64,000 nucleotides of DNA from Minisyncoccota bacterium (lineage in GTDB: Bacteria; Patescibacteriota; Minisyncoccia; Phycocordibacterales; JABMNX01). The DNA is taken from the NCBI GenBank assembly GCA_965222715.1, contig OZ244961.1, positions 548,637 to 612,636 of the forward strand, given 5' to 3'. This document shows positions 9,399 to 18,704 of this stretch, piece after piece (positions within the stretch are counted from its first letter, which is position 1; each line of letters opens with the position of its first letter). The notes below the pieces were generated by a model that did not search any database, was not told where the DNA came from, and saw nothing but the letters and a program-made list of their open reading frames with translations. The translations under genes and the position numbers were made by a program.

Positions 9399-10577
9399 AT
9401 GGAAGAATTTTATTCTCTTTTTTTAGTACTATTCGCTGGTGTCGTGTTTTCAATGATTTTTCGTCGGGTACATGTGCCGTGGGTTGTTGGGCTAATCATT
9501 GGTGGTGTACTTGCTGGCCCGTACGTGTTTGATGTTATTGAAATAACCCCAACAGTTGATTTTATTGCGCAAATTGGACTTGTCTTCTTGATGTTTATGG
9601 CAGGGCTTGAAACAAACCTTTCAAGCTTCAAAGGTTTTCGTGGCCAACTTCTTTTTCTTTCACTTATTAACGGTGCAATTCCCTTTGCAGTTGGTGTTGG
9701 GGTTACTCTATTCTTTGGGTACAGTCTCACCATTGCACTCCTTATTGGTATTATTTTTGTCTCCTCATCAATTGCAGTCGTTATTCCTTCTCTTGAACGA
9801 TTTGGGCTCCTCCACACTCGCATTGGCCAGTCAGTAGTAATGACTACTGTACTTCAAGACATTGCAAGCTTGATTCTTCTTTCAATTGTTCTTCAGAGTA
9901 TTGACCCGGTAACCAATATCCCCCTCTACCTCTTCTATCCACTCTTGGTAGTTGTGTTAATTGCCTTTCGCATACTCCTCCCTAAAATACGGTGGCTGTT
10001 CACTGCAGGAGTACGTGGGACCGAAGATTTATTCCAACAAGAGTTTCGTTCAACTTTCTTGATTATTGTTGGTACCGTAATCGTATTCGAACTTCTTGGG
10101 TTACACCACATTATTGCTGGGTTCTTCGCCGGACTGGTTCTCTCTGATTCAATTGTGAATCCAAAGTTGAGAGAAAATATTCATACAGTAAGCTACGGTA
10201 TTTTTGTGCCAGTCTTTTTCATTCTTATTGGCGTACAGACAGATATCACAGTCTTTGCCAACTTCCAAGGCATCGCCCCACTCATACTCGCGATTGTTGT
10301 TGCATCAGTACTTGCTAAGTTAGTAAGTGGTTGGGTAGGTGGTAAGTTGGTGGGTTTTGATACTAACCAATCACTCCTCTTTGGTATCTCATCAATTCCA
10401 CAACTCTCAACCACACTCGCAGTAGCTTTCTCTGCGTTTTCTCTTGGACTTATTGAAGAAAACCTCTTAACCGCAATGGTTACCCTAAGTGTGGTTACGG
10501 TGATGGTAAGTCCAACACTGATGAATATTTTTAGCGAACGTATCCAACGCGCCGCACAAAAAAATCACATCAAATAA
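9399..10577 (+). CDS. Cation:proton antiporter (CPA2/KefB-like)
   Basis: About 12 TM; GLVFLMFMAGLE, SSIAVV, QDIASL motifs. Confidence 0.88.
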   Translation: MEEFYSLFLVLFAGVVFSMIFRRVHVPWVVGLIIGGVLAGPYVFDVIEITPTVDFIAQIGLVFLMFMAGLETNLSSFKGFRGQLLFLSLINGAIPFAVGVGVTLFFGYSLTIALLIGIIFVSSSIAVVIPSLERFGLLHTRIGQSVVMTTVLQDIASLILLSIVLQSIDPVTNIPLYLFYPLLVVVLIAFRILLPKIRWLFTAGVRGTEDLFQQEFRSTFLIIVGTVIVFELLGLHHIIAGFFAGLVLSDSIVNPKLRENIHTVSYGIFVPVFFILIGVQTDITVFANFQGIAPLILAIVVASVLAKLVSGWVGGKLVGFDTNQSLLFGISSIPQLSTTLAVAFSAFSLGLIEENLLTAMVTLSVVTVMVSPTLMNIFSERIQRAAQKNHIK

Positions 10578-10595
10578 TTCTTACTTCGAGATATA

Positions 10596-10991
10596 TCATT
10601 TATAAAACTCTTCTTTTAGTTCCTCTGGTTCGCCCAAGAGATTGTAGTCAATGAGTATCTCTTCTCCTTTCTTAATATCCCTTTTTGCATACCAAAAAGT
10701 ATCTCTTGATTCTGTGTTTGCATCTTCTGCGGAATGATTGAGATACCATCCAATATGCATGGAACCGAAATCGAGAGGACATAGGTAGTACTCTTCGCCA
10801 AAGTGGCAATATCCCCGAAACTCTTCCGGTATATCTTCTCGTTTTCGTTTAGTTACCCTCTCTTCAAATTTTTTTGCATCACCAAACGTTCTAAGAAATG
10901 TTCCTTTTTTAATATCGTGAGTAGCAAAAACCCCAATGCCGTACTTTGAAGGTTTTAATATAAAAGAAAACTCGTCTGTTTCACTTCTCAT
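10596..10991 (-). CDS. SET-domain protein
   Basis: GIGVFATHDIKKG, YLNHS, AKRDIKKGEEILIDY. Confidence 0.9.
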   Translation of the reverse strand: MRSETDEFSFILKPSKYGIGVFATHDIKKGTFLRTFGDAKKFEERVTKRKREDIPEEFRGYCHFGEEYYLCPLDFGSMHIGWYLNHSAEDANTESRDTFWYAKRDIKKGEEILIDYNLLGEPEELKEEFYK

Positions 10992-11037
10992 ACAAAGCAG
11001 TATACCACTCTATTTTGTATGTATCTTGGTTTCTTTA

Positions 11038-11559
11038 TTAGTTAGTATTAGAATTTATTATACCTTTTACTCTTTCTAGAATATGAGACTCATCAACATC
11101 TGTTCGTTTATATACCTCTCCTTGTTTTTTCATCTGAGGAATTAAAAAATCTAAACTCTGCCACTCCACATCTGTTTCCCCCTCTATATCAGAAGTGTCT
11201 CTTTTAGATAAGTCTTGATCTTTTAATCTGCAAAGAAAATATAGAGTAGTTTTTTCTACTTCTACACCCTTGTGTTCAAAGTGGCTTTGAATACTTCCAA
11301 TATAATCAATCATTTCCGCTGTGATACCAAACTCTTCAAGCATTCCACGATGTAATGTTTCTTCTAGTGAATCATTTGGATGAAGGGTTTCTCTCATTAA
11401 TAAATAAAAGTCGTCCAACCCTTCATCCACCCAATATCCCTTTAACTGTTCTGTATTAAAATGGTGGCAACAAATCTGGTTCTCGTTATTAATAATAACC
11501 GCTCCCACTGAAACATGTTGCGGGTGTTCATTGTAACCTTGAAAATATGTTTTGCTCAT
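11038..11559 (-). CDS. NUDIX-like hydrolase
   Basis: SVGAVI, ETL..NDSLEETLHRGMLEEFG (degenerate Nudix box); likely start 11559. Confidence 0.75.
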   Translation of the reverse strand: MSKTYFQGYNEHPQHVSVGAVIINNENQICCHHFNTEQLKGYWVDEGLDDFYLLMRETLHPNDSLEETLHRGMLEEFGITAEMIDYIGSIQSHFEHKGVEVEKTTLYFLCRLKDQDLSKRDTSDIEGETDVEWQSLDFLIPQMKKQGEVYKRTDVDESHILERVKGIINSNTN

Positions 11560-11616
11560 ATCAAAAGTATACCAACTCTCTGGTGGAATTGTAGAAGAGT
11601 AGAATCTTCTACCGCG

Positions 11617-11752
11617 TGGGTGCCTACCGAGAATCGGGGTCAAGTTGCTAAATTCGCTAGGCTCATTAAGCACTTCCTCCCCGGACTCGGCGACAAGCCC
11701 GAGTTAACACTCGTCTTGTATACCGCCTCCGTCTTTCAATTCTCGTAAACAC
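11617..11752 (-). repeat. tRNA-His-associated structured element
   Basis: 20-bp exact direct repeat of tRNA 3' end (11617-11636 = 11803-11822), imperfect inverted copy at about 11735-11752, two internal hairpins. Confidence 0.8.
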
Positions 11753-11804
11753 TGACACACAGTAAGACCCCAACACTTTCGTGTCAGGGCCTAACTGCAT
11801 GTTG

Positions 11805-11877
11805 GGTGCCTACCGAGAATCGAACTCGAATTTGAGGTTCCACAAACCTCCGTAATAACCGTTATACCATAGGCACC
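11805..11877 (-). tRNA. tRNA-His(GTG)
   Basis: Cloverleaf GGTGCCTATGG...GAGGT-TTGTGGA-ACCTC...GTTCGATTC...TAGGCACC, with G-1. Confidence 0.95.
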
Positions 11878-11891
11878 ATATCTGCCTGCCC

Positions 11892-11921
11892 ATAAACGCC
11901 AAGAGTACTCTTGGCGTTTAT
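11892..11921. repeat. 30-bp perfect palindrome, copy 1
   Basis: ataaacgccaagagtactcttggcgtttat, identical to 47722-47751. Confidence 0.9.
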
Positions 11922-12475
11922 GTATAGCTTGGCGACTCCTCGACTATACCAGAAAGATGGTTCGTAAGTCGAGCGAGTGCATAGAGAAGTGATGAAAGTC
12001 GATTAAGGTATGCAAGCGACCACTCACCCATTTCTCGTTCACCACTTTCAACCACTTCAACTACTCGCCGCTCAGCACGACGCGAAAGTGTGCGTGCTAT
12101 ATCAAATCGAGAAGCTAATTCAGTACCTCCAGAAATAAAAAATGAAGTGATTGGTGGTAGTTCTTTTTCTGCTCCATGAATAAGGGCTTCTGCGTCACGT
12201 AGTTTCTGCTCATACAGAGTCTTATCAGCACCAGCAAGCTCAGCTTGAATAATAAAAAGATTTTCTTGAATCGTATGTACAATATGTTCAAATGATTGGC
12301 TGTTTAGAGAGAAGCCACTTTCAGCACTCGCCACTTTACACAACCCAAGAAATGAATTTACCTCATCAAGCGTACCGAGGGCTTCGGCAACGGGTGACGC
12401 CTTAGAGATACGCTTCCCTTTCTCTGTATCAAATACCTTTGTTGTTCCTTTGTCTCCTTTTCCTGTAAAGAGCAT
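11918..12475 (-). CDS. pduO: ATP:cob(I)alamin adenosyltransferase (PduO type)
   Basis: FTGKGDKGTT, GTLDEVNS, ARTLSRRAER, YLNRLSSLLYALAR. Confidence 0.9.
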   Translation of the reverse strand: MLFTGKGDKGTTKVFDTEKGKRISKASPVAEALGTLDEVNSFLGLCKVASAESGFSLNSQSFEHIVHTIQENLFIIQAELAGADKTLYEQKLRDAEALIHGAEKELPPITSFFISGGTELASRFDIARTLSRRAERRVVEVVESGEREMGEWSLAYLNRLSSLLYALARLTNHLSGIVEESPSYT

Positions 12476-12482
12476 ATATTAA

Positions 12483-13286
12483 TTACCAGTGTACTTCATC
12501 ACACACATCGCACTTTTTAAACTCACTATGATCAACAAAGAAGATTGCAACCCACCGAGAGACATCATGAGCAACCTCTTTATTTAATTTTGGATCAACA
12601 ACATGAAGTGACGGTGCAAAATCAACATCTGTTATTTTGTACCAATTCAATCCAGGAAACATTTCTACCTCATCTTCGCGTGAGGTAACCGGTTTTAAGT
12701 CATCAAGCGAGTGACCAACCAAAAGTCCAGGACCGCTCTGCGCAACTGGAAGCGTGCACCCACCACTATCAAAATGCTCAGTTAAGTAAAGGTGTGTATC
12801 GGGGCTCGGTGCACTTGTTCCGTAGCGAATAAACCGAAGTGCTGAGTATGTTGGATATGGTGAATTATCTGTATAAATCTTACTACGAATATCAGGGTAT
12901 CCACTTTCAAGTACCTCAACAAAACCATTGAACATATCGCACGCCTCTTCATACATACGATGCATTGCTTGAAGCATTTCAGTTGCTTCAGGACCACCCT
13001 TACTCTCTTTCTGTAAACGATCTTTATATGTAGGGTTATACTGAAACCAATCAATATCAGCTGGCTTACTGTCGTAGACACTGTAATGTTTGAAACCAAC
13101 TTCATTACACTTATTCTCTCCTAACGGAACAGGAAGAGAGAATTTCTCCTTTACCTCAGCAGGAAGACGGGTGAACGCAATAAATGTTTCTGCAGTTCTA
13201 TCAATCACCCCATCACTAAATGAAAACGGAATACGCACGTACGCATCGTTCTTTAACTGCTCTTTTGCTTTTACTAACGTAAGCAT
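12483..13286 (-). CDS. 2OG-Fe(II) oxygenase (IPNS-like) with C-terminal CxxC
   Basis: LRFIRY, HFD (HxD), distal H (SLHVV), R-W-V-A-I-F-F; ATG one base after the rhodanese stop. Confidence 0.75.
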   Translation of the reverse strand: MLTLVKAKEQLKNDAYVRIPFSFSDGVIDRTAETFIAFTRLPAEVKEKFSLPVPLGENKCNEVGFKHYSVYDSKPADIDWFQYNPTYKDRLQKESKGGPEATEMLQAMHRMYEEACDMFNGFVEVLESGYPDIRSKIYTDNSPYPTYSALRFIRYGTSAPSPDTHLYLTEHFDSGGCTLPVAQSGPGLLVGHSLDDLKPVTSREDEVEMFPGLNWYKITDVDFAPSLHVVDPKLNKEVAHDVSRWVAIFFVDHSEFKKCDVCDEVHW

Positions 13287-13287
13287 A

Positions 13288-13662
13288 TTATTCAAAAGTA
13301 TTTCCTGCATCTCTCCACCCACGCAATCCTTCTCTGTAGCACGAGACGTTTGTATATCCTGAACGCGCTAAACACATTGCGGCCATGTATGAGAGTCCAC
13401 AACCAAGACTACCGGAGTATGTGGTGACATATACTTCTTTATTCTCACCAAACTTCTTTTTAAACTTTGAGAGAAATACTGTTTCAATGTCGAGTATTTT
13501 TCCATGCTCATCCTTTTCAGAATAATCTTTCTGGTACGATATATTCTCCGCACCAGGAATATGATGTGCATCATAACTCCCTTTTGAAAGCGTATCGACA
13601 ATAATATCGCCACGTGTAAGACGTTTTTTAAATTCTTCTGTGGTGATGATGTCGATATGCAT
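13288..13662 (-). CDS. Rhodanese-like domain protein
   Basis: IVDT, HHIPGAENI, SLGCGLS active-site loop, Y.EGLRGW..AG. Confidence 0.85.
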   Translation of the reverse strand: MHIDIITTEEFKKRLTRGDIIVDTLSKGSYDAHHIPGAENISYQKDYSEKDEHGKILDIETVFLSKFKKKFGENKEVYVTTYSGSLGCGLSYMAAMCLARSGYTNVSCYREGLRGWRDAGNTFE

Positions 13663-13734
13663 ATTGAAATGTATCCAGTAGTGTAGCATACAAAGAAAAA
13701 GCCGGAGTGTTCGAGAGAACACTCCGGCGCAGCG

Positions 13735-14556
13735 TTACCGATTCCACGGAATTACCTTTTTCTCCAAGACCCAGATGAGGATCCAGGTTGTGATCCCACA
13801 TAGAGCAAGGAGTACCGTCCCCGAGATAATCATAGAGACGATAGGAATCTGGTTTGCAGCATGAATGAGACTTCCAACCCCGTACTGCCTATTCACCCCC
13901 TCCGAAAGGACCAGCATCAGCCAGCACACAGGAGACGCGAGCAGAAGACCGAGAAACATTCGAGGCAGAAGCGCGGGCATGATATGCCAATACAACTGCC
14001 ACCTGCTCGGACCCATGATAGCAATGTCTGCCATCAGCTCTCGGGTGTGCCTATCTTTTCCATAGAAGAGCTTGTATGAGCCCTGGAACGATAGGAGGAG
14101 TTGGTAGAGGAACGTTGCCCATATGCTGATTCCGTACTTCGGCCCCTCGTCAATACCCAGCCAGATGATCATGAGATACAAGACTGAGATCTTTGAGAAC
14201 GTCAGAAGAAACGGGATGACCACAATTGCACAGAACCGCGCATACGGAAACAGAGCAATGAGGATACCCATCGGAAACCCAATAAGGGTTCCGAACACCA
14301 GCCCCACACCAACTCGCTTGAAGCTCGCGAAAAGATGTTCAGGTAGTTGACCCCGCTCAAGAAGACGCACGAAGTCACCATACATCTCTGACGGACTTGC
14401 AAACAAGGACGAAATTGCCCCTACATCTCTCCCCACTTGCCACGCATAAAGTAGCGCAGTCATAAGAAGAAGATAGAACGCAACCCCCAAAAGGATTGGG
14501 GGGTTCGGCCCGACTACATGTGCAATCGGGCCGTCATTTTTTTGTCGTACCCACAT
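13735..14556 (-). CDS. ABC transporter permease (SsuC/TauC-like)
   Basis: SPSEM, HLFASFKRVGVG, EAA-like loop MGPSRWQLYWHI.PA.LP. Confidence 0.85.
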   Translation of the reverse strand: MWVRQKNDGPIAHVVGPNPPILLGVAFYLLLMTALLYAWQVGRDVGAISSLFASPSEMYGDFVRLLERGQLPEHLFASFKRVGVGLVFGTLIGFPMGILIALFPYARFCAIVVIPFLLTFSKISVLYLMIIWLGIDEGPKYGISIWATFLYQLLLSFQGSYKLFYGKDRHTRELMADIAIMGPSRWQLYWHIMPALLPRMFLGLLLASPVCWLMLVLSEGVNRQYGVGSLIHAANQIPIVSMIISGTVLLALCGITTWILIWVLEKKVIPWNR

Positions 14557-14629
14557 TACACACCTCCAGATGTTTCCTCATTGGAAAGAAAAAGAACAAA
14601 AGAGGTTCAGTAGAGCCCTCGCAAGAACG

Positions 14630-15676
14630 CTACTGAACCCGAATACCGCTTTCGTCAAAGACGTGTAGATGAGCTGGATCAATTGCAACCAGACACTCAC
14701 CAGAGAGTGGCGAGGCTGTGTGCGCTTCCATGGTTTCGCCCGAACGAAGCCGTAGTGAAACCTTGAAATGTGAACCAAAAAACCTACACGACTCAACTTG
14801 TGCAAGGATACCGGCCGAGTTATCCCGAGATACTTCTTGTACCGAGAGATGCTCTGGACGGATACCACACCACTTCGCTCCTTTCACGTTACCGATCTGG
14901 GAGAGTACCCCAAGAGGCACTGACGTCATGTCGCCAATAAATTCAGCGACAAAACGATCGTGTGGAGATTGGTAGAGTTCTTGATATGACCCGACCTGTC
15001 TCACTCGCCCACCATCCATGACCACGATGGAATCAGCCAACTCAGCTGCCTCCTCTTGGTTGTGGGTAACGTAGAGAATTGTCTGCCTGAGATCAGAGAA
15101 CAGCTCTTTAAGCAACACCCTGATTTCTTTTTGAAGTGGCTCATCAAGAAAGGTAAGTGGCTCATCAAGAAGAACTGCGCCAACCTGAGGAACCAGCACC
15201 TTTGCAGCAATACCCACTCGCTGACGTTCTCCTCCCGAAAGTTCTTTCGGATACTTATTGAGGAGGTGCGTGATGCCCACTTTTTGAGCAGCCTCACGCA
15301 CCACAGCAGTGCACACCTTTCCTGAAACATCAATCCCAGAAAAAACGAGCCACAGCTGTATATTCTTGAGGACCGTTAGATGATCCCATAGAGGAGTTGA
15401 CTGCGAAAGCAGACTCATGCTCCGTGTCTTGGGCGCTGTGTGAGTAACATCTCTGCCATCAATCAACACAGCGCCATTGGATGGCATTTGCAGCCCGGCA
15501 ATACTCCACAAAAGTGTTGTTTTGCCACACCCTGATGGGCCAAGGAGAACAGTTGTTTTTTTTGCTTCGATCGCAATTGAGACATCACGAACCGCGGTAA
15601 TGACTTCCTGCGTCGGACGGAACCACCGTCCACGTACAGGGAACGCAACCGAGAGGTTGCGCGTTTCAATGTGCAT
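14630..15676 (-). CDS. ABC transporter ATP-binding protein
   Basis: GPSGCGKTT, LSGGERQRV, LLDEP, YVTHNQEEA, C-terminal TOBE-like domain; SD GGAGGTG. Confidence 0.93.
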   Translation of the reverse strand: MHIETRNLSVAFPVRGRWFRPTQEVITAVRDVSIAIEAKKTTVLLGPSGCGKTTLLWSIAGLQMPSNGAVLIDGRDVTHTAPKTRSMSLLSQSTPLWDHLTVLKNIQLWLVFSGIDVSGKVCTAVVREAAQKVGITHLLNKYPKELSGGERQRVGIAAKVLVPQVGAVLLDEPLTFLDEPLQKEIRVLLKELFSDLRQTILYVTHNQEEAAELADSIVVMDGGRVRQVGSYQELYQSPHDRFVAEFIGDMTSVPLGVLSQIGNVKGAKWCGIRPEHLSVQEVSRDNSAGILAQVESCRFFGSHFKVSLRLRSGETMEAHTASPLSGECLVAIDPAHLHVFDESGIRVQ

Positions 15677-15834
15677 GGCGCACCTCCAAGTTACATGATT
15701 ACTAACTTCAGCTACTATAGATACTTTCAGTTTAATTGTCAAAAAATATTGAAAAGAAGACGTGACAAAAGAAAAACGCGCCGCTAGCTTCCTAGCGGCG
15801 CGTTGGTATCCTGACTCATTCTCGAGAGAATACC

Positions 15835-16959
15835 TTAGTTGCTCCGACTGAGGGCCCTGTCGGCAATCCGAAGGTTTTCGACACCTCCGACATAGACACC
15901 GTAGTCAGCCATAACCTCAGGGTCAGCCGTGCAGCCGCCCATATTGGTAACGATGCGATCGATCATCTCATCGATGGCCGGCTCGTACATTTCTCCATAC
16001 TTGTCGAGTGAAATGTAGAGCTCGTTCGCCAAAGCAGTGCGGAATTCGGGAACGAGACGTCGCTTCTTAATATCCTCAACTGCTCGCTGCATTCCCCGAC
16101 AGAACATGTCGGCCAGCTCCTCTCCACGTTCAGTTTCGTAGAAACTCGCCATCATGACGATTCCAGACTCGGGAAATGGGCGAAACTGATCCGAGTTAAG
16201 GATGACTGCGTAGCCTTCGGTTTGCGCACGGAGATGAAACGGCGCCGCAACAACCGCAAGGTCGGTTACTCCATCCTTCATGCCAGCGTAGCGCTTACCA
16301 GATGCACCGAGCTGTACTCCGTAGACCACGTTTTCTCCGTGATCAGGAACAGTACCAGCAGAAACTGCTTCTCGATACATTTCCCGAGTGCCACAGAAGA
16401 ATGCGACCGGCGCTTCGCCAGCAGCGTTGAGCTCCTGGTTTTTGTCGACAACGTAGGCGATCAGGATGCCAGTCGCTGTGTTACGCGACGTTTCTTGGTT
16501 GATGATCGCATGCTGACGCTCCGTAACATAGAGACCCGGCTCGCAGAGCGACACTGAGATCGATACATCGCGAAGGACATTCTCGACAGATCCGACCATG
16601 TAGAGCCCTCTTCCTTGAGGGCCAATTAGGACATAGTTGTGTCCTGTCGAGAGTACGCTGGTGAGAACACAGTCGTCACCGCCGACGATCGAACACCCGA
16701 AGACGCGCTCGATTGAATTCGAGGCGCGTGCCTGACCTGAATTGAGCGCAGCAAACTGCTGGCCGGCGTCAGAGATTTTGAGGATGGTGACTTCTTCGTC
16801 GAAGAAGTCATTTTTGGCGGCGTAGTCAGGGACAAATCCTGCAGTCCACCACGTGTCCCAGATGACATAGCCGATTTGATCATCAGCGTATGCTTTCGAG
16901 GGGAGTACCGCAATCATCGCAACCGCGATGACAACGGCAAGAGTGCGAAGCGTATGCAT
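15835..16959 (-). CDS. ABC substrate-binding protein (NMT1/SsuA-like, divergent)
   Basis: Signal peptide ending AYA, AALNSGQ and DLAVVAAPFHLRA..EGY motifs; adjacent to ATPase and permease. Confidence 0.65.
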   Translation of the reverse strand: MHTLRTLAVVIAVAMIAVLPSKAYADDQIGYVIWDTWWTAGFVPDYAAKNDFFDEEVTILKISDAGQQFAALNSGQARASNSIERVFGCSIVGGDDCVLTSVLSTGHNYVLIGPQGRGLYMVGSVENVLRDVSISVSLCEPGLYVTERQHAIINQETSRNTATGILIAYVVDKNQELNAAGEAPVAFFCGTREMYREAVSAGTVPDHGENVVYGVQLGASGKRYAGMKDGVTDLAVVAAPFHLRAQTEGYAVILNSDQFRPFPESGIVMMASFYETERGEELADMFCRGMQRAVEDIKKRRLVPEFRTALANELYISLDKYGEMYEPAIDEMIDRIVTNMGGCTADPEVMADYGVYVGGVENLRIADRALSRSN

Positions 16960-17095
16960 AACGTACCTCTCTTTCTTTTCTGAATGTTACGGATTCTGCT
17001 TCAAACTAATCCAAAACGATAGTAGCATATACTCACAGTTGCGCAAGAAAAAGACCCGCAAGTAGCTAGCTTGCGGGTCGTTAAAGAGCATACGG

Positions 17096-18589
17096 CTAAA
17101 ACGCAGTAACCCCACGATTAGCCCATCTGCCAGGATCCATATGGTGACATAGTTTCCGTTGCCACGAGACCAACTCATTAATGCTTAAGTGGTCGGTTCG
17201 CATGGTTGGGGTGAACTTTGTAACCAAACTTGAATGCGGATCATCGGGCATTAAACCAGAGCGCTTGTACGCGTCGGTGAGAGGTATCCCGGGGAACGGA
17301 ATCAGTACTGTTGGATTTATTGAGAGACGAACTTCAGGATTTTCTTTTTGAAGAGTCCTCTTTAATTCCGCAAGTGCCTCATCAAGCCGGCTCAAAGATT
17401 CGTGAGAGTCTTCTCGCAGTCCGATAATGACCCCAAAAAGAAGGTCTGGCGCACCAGAGCGAACGATCGCTTTGCACATCTCAACGACACCTCTCCAGTG
17501 CATCAGCTTTTGATAACGCTCAGTTCCCTCAAGTGGTCGCTCAAGTGGAATAAACGCCTGGATGCATTGTTCTCCGTAGACCGCCTGAACCAGCTCCACG
17601 TCCGGAGTCAGATCGCTCTCTTCTCTAATACGGAGGGTGCGATCGATACTGACCCCTTTGGTGAGTTTTGAGATTTCGATGCCGTTACGAAACATCCACG
17701 ACAACCCCCTTTCACGGAACTGTCGCATCGTCTCGAACACAACATCACGACCCCCCTCCCAAAGCAGACGTCCGAGAAACTGGTCGGACATGGTGTTTAC
17801 CGTACGTGCACCAGAGAGACACTGAAGCTCGAGCCACCGCCCCACAACATCAGGAGACATGTAGCTGTAGGAAAGTCCGTACGGGCCATTTCGACGAGTC
17901 ATACAGAAGTCACACGCCTGATCACATCCATAATCGAGCACCAAACTGGTGAATGGAAAGCGATCTTGAGGTAGTGTGTCACGCCACCGATTCTCGAGAA
18001 GTCCACGCACTTGTTCGACTGAAGGAAGTTGCCAGTTGTTTGGAGTGAGTCTCCATGAACCAGCGACCACCTGACCAACGCCTTGTATGTGTGCGCGAAT
18101 CGGTTTCTCAGTTGAACCAGTGAGAGCGATCTCAATTGCACCAGCATTACTTCCGCCACTTTTATCAAGCACAACAACTGTGGCTCCTGCTTGCAGGTAC
18201 CTCTCAGGTTGTGCAATGGCATCAGTTCCACCGACTACGACTTTTTTATTATTTTTTGAGAGAAACTCGATGACCCACAGGACAATCGCCTGCTCCATAT
18301 GAAAATTCGACGTAATACCAAACACGTCGAACTGATCAAGTGGAATGTCTTCAAGTCTCTTGCCTAAGGCAATTGGGTGAAGCTTCTTACCATTCCAAGA
18401 AACCGAATCAAACGCGTGGACGTGGGTACCGTCACGCATACTGAAACGAGTCACAGAATGACCAGCTGCTTCAAGCGACCCAATAAGCGCCTGTGGAGTC
18501 GACCCAATGAGAATTGAGTCTGTAAAGTTTTTTCCTTCATCGTCACGTAAAAGTGCGACGGGAGTCTGAATGAGACATATGTGCGCCAT
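17096..18589 (-). CDS. Cobalamin-binding radical SAM enzyme
   Basis: N-terminal B12-binding-like region (DVFGITSNF, VVVGGTDA), CDQACDFC cluster motif, GVIIGL, LIPFPG; SD GGAGGTG before ATG 18589. Confidence 0.85.
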   Translation of the reverse strand: MAHICLIQTPVALLRDDEGKNFTDSILIGSTPQALIGSLEAAGHSVTRFSMRDGTHVHAFDSVSWNGKKLHPIALGKRLEDIPLDQFDVFGITSNFHMEQAIVLWVIEFLSKNNKKVVVGGTDAIAQPERYLQAGATVVVLDKSGGSNAGAIEIALTGSTEKPIRAHIQGVGQVVAGSWRLTPNNWQLPSVEQVRGLLENRWRDTLPQDRFPFTSLVLDYGCDQACDFCMTRRNGPYGLSYSYMSPDVVGRWLELQCLSGARTVNTMSDQFLGRLLWEGGRDVVFETMRQFRERGLSWMFRNGIEISKLTKGVSIDRTLRIREESDLTPDVELVQAVYGEQCIQAFIPLERPLEGTERYQKLMHWRGVVEMCKAIVRSGAPDLLFGVIIGLREDSHESLSRLDEALAELKRTLQKENPEVRLSINPTVLIPFPGIPLTDAYKRSGLMPDDPHSSLVTKFTPTMRTDHLSINELVSWQRKLCHHMDPGRWANRGVTAF

Positions 18590-18704
18590 TTTTTCACCTC
18601 CTTCCTGAGGATATTCTGGCATATATCTAATATGTTAGTGTAGATGAAACAAATAACGTGTCAATAAAAAAGCGGCGCCACTGGCGCCGCTTGAGTTTCC
18701 GGTA

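Noticed and set aside
11617-11877. Reading the tRNA duplications as intron-containing or split tRNAs
   Set aside because: Each upstream tRNA is complete and uninterrupted; the duplicates cover only the 3' part.
12483-13722. Frameshifted pseudogene of the rhodanese-oxygenase fusion
   Set aside because: The junction is a clean TAA-T-ATG translational coupling at the domain boundary, so two real genes are more likely.
15134-15171. 17-bp tandem repeat in the ABC ATPase (LLDEPLTFLDEPLQ)
   Set aside because: It coincides with the naturally self-similar Walker B and D-loop; frame intact; probably chance or local conversion.
16960-17095. Cobalamin riboswitch upstream of the ABC binding protein or radical SAM
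   Set aside because: The intergenic regions are short and explained by promoter, SD and terminator; no B12-box seen.
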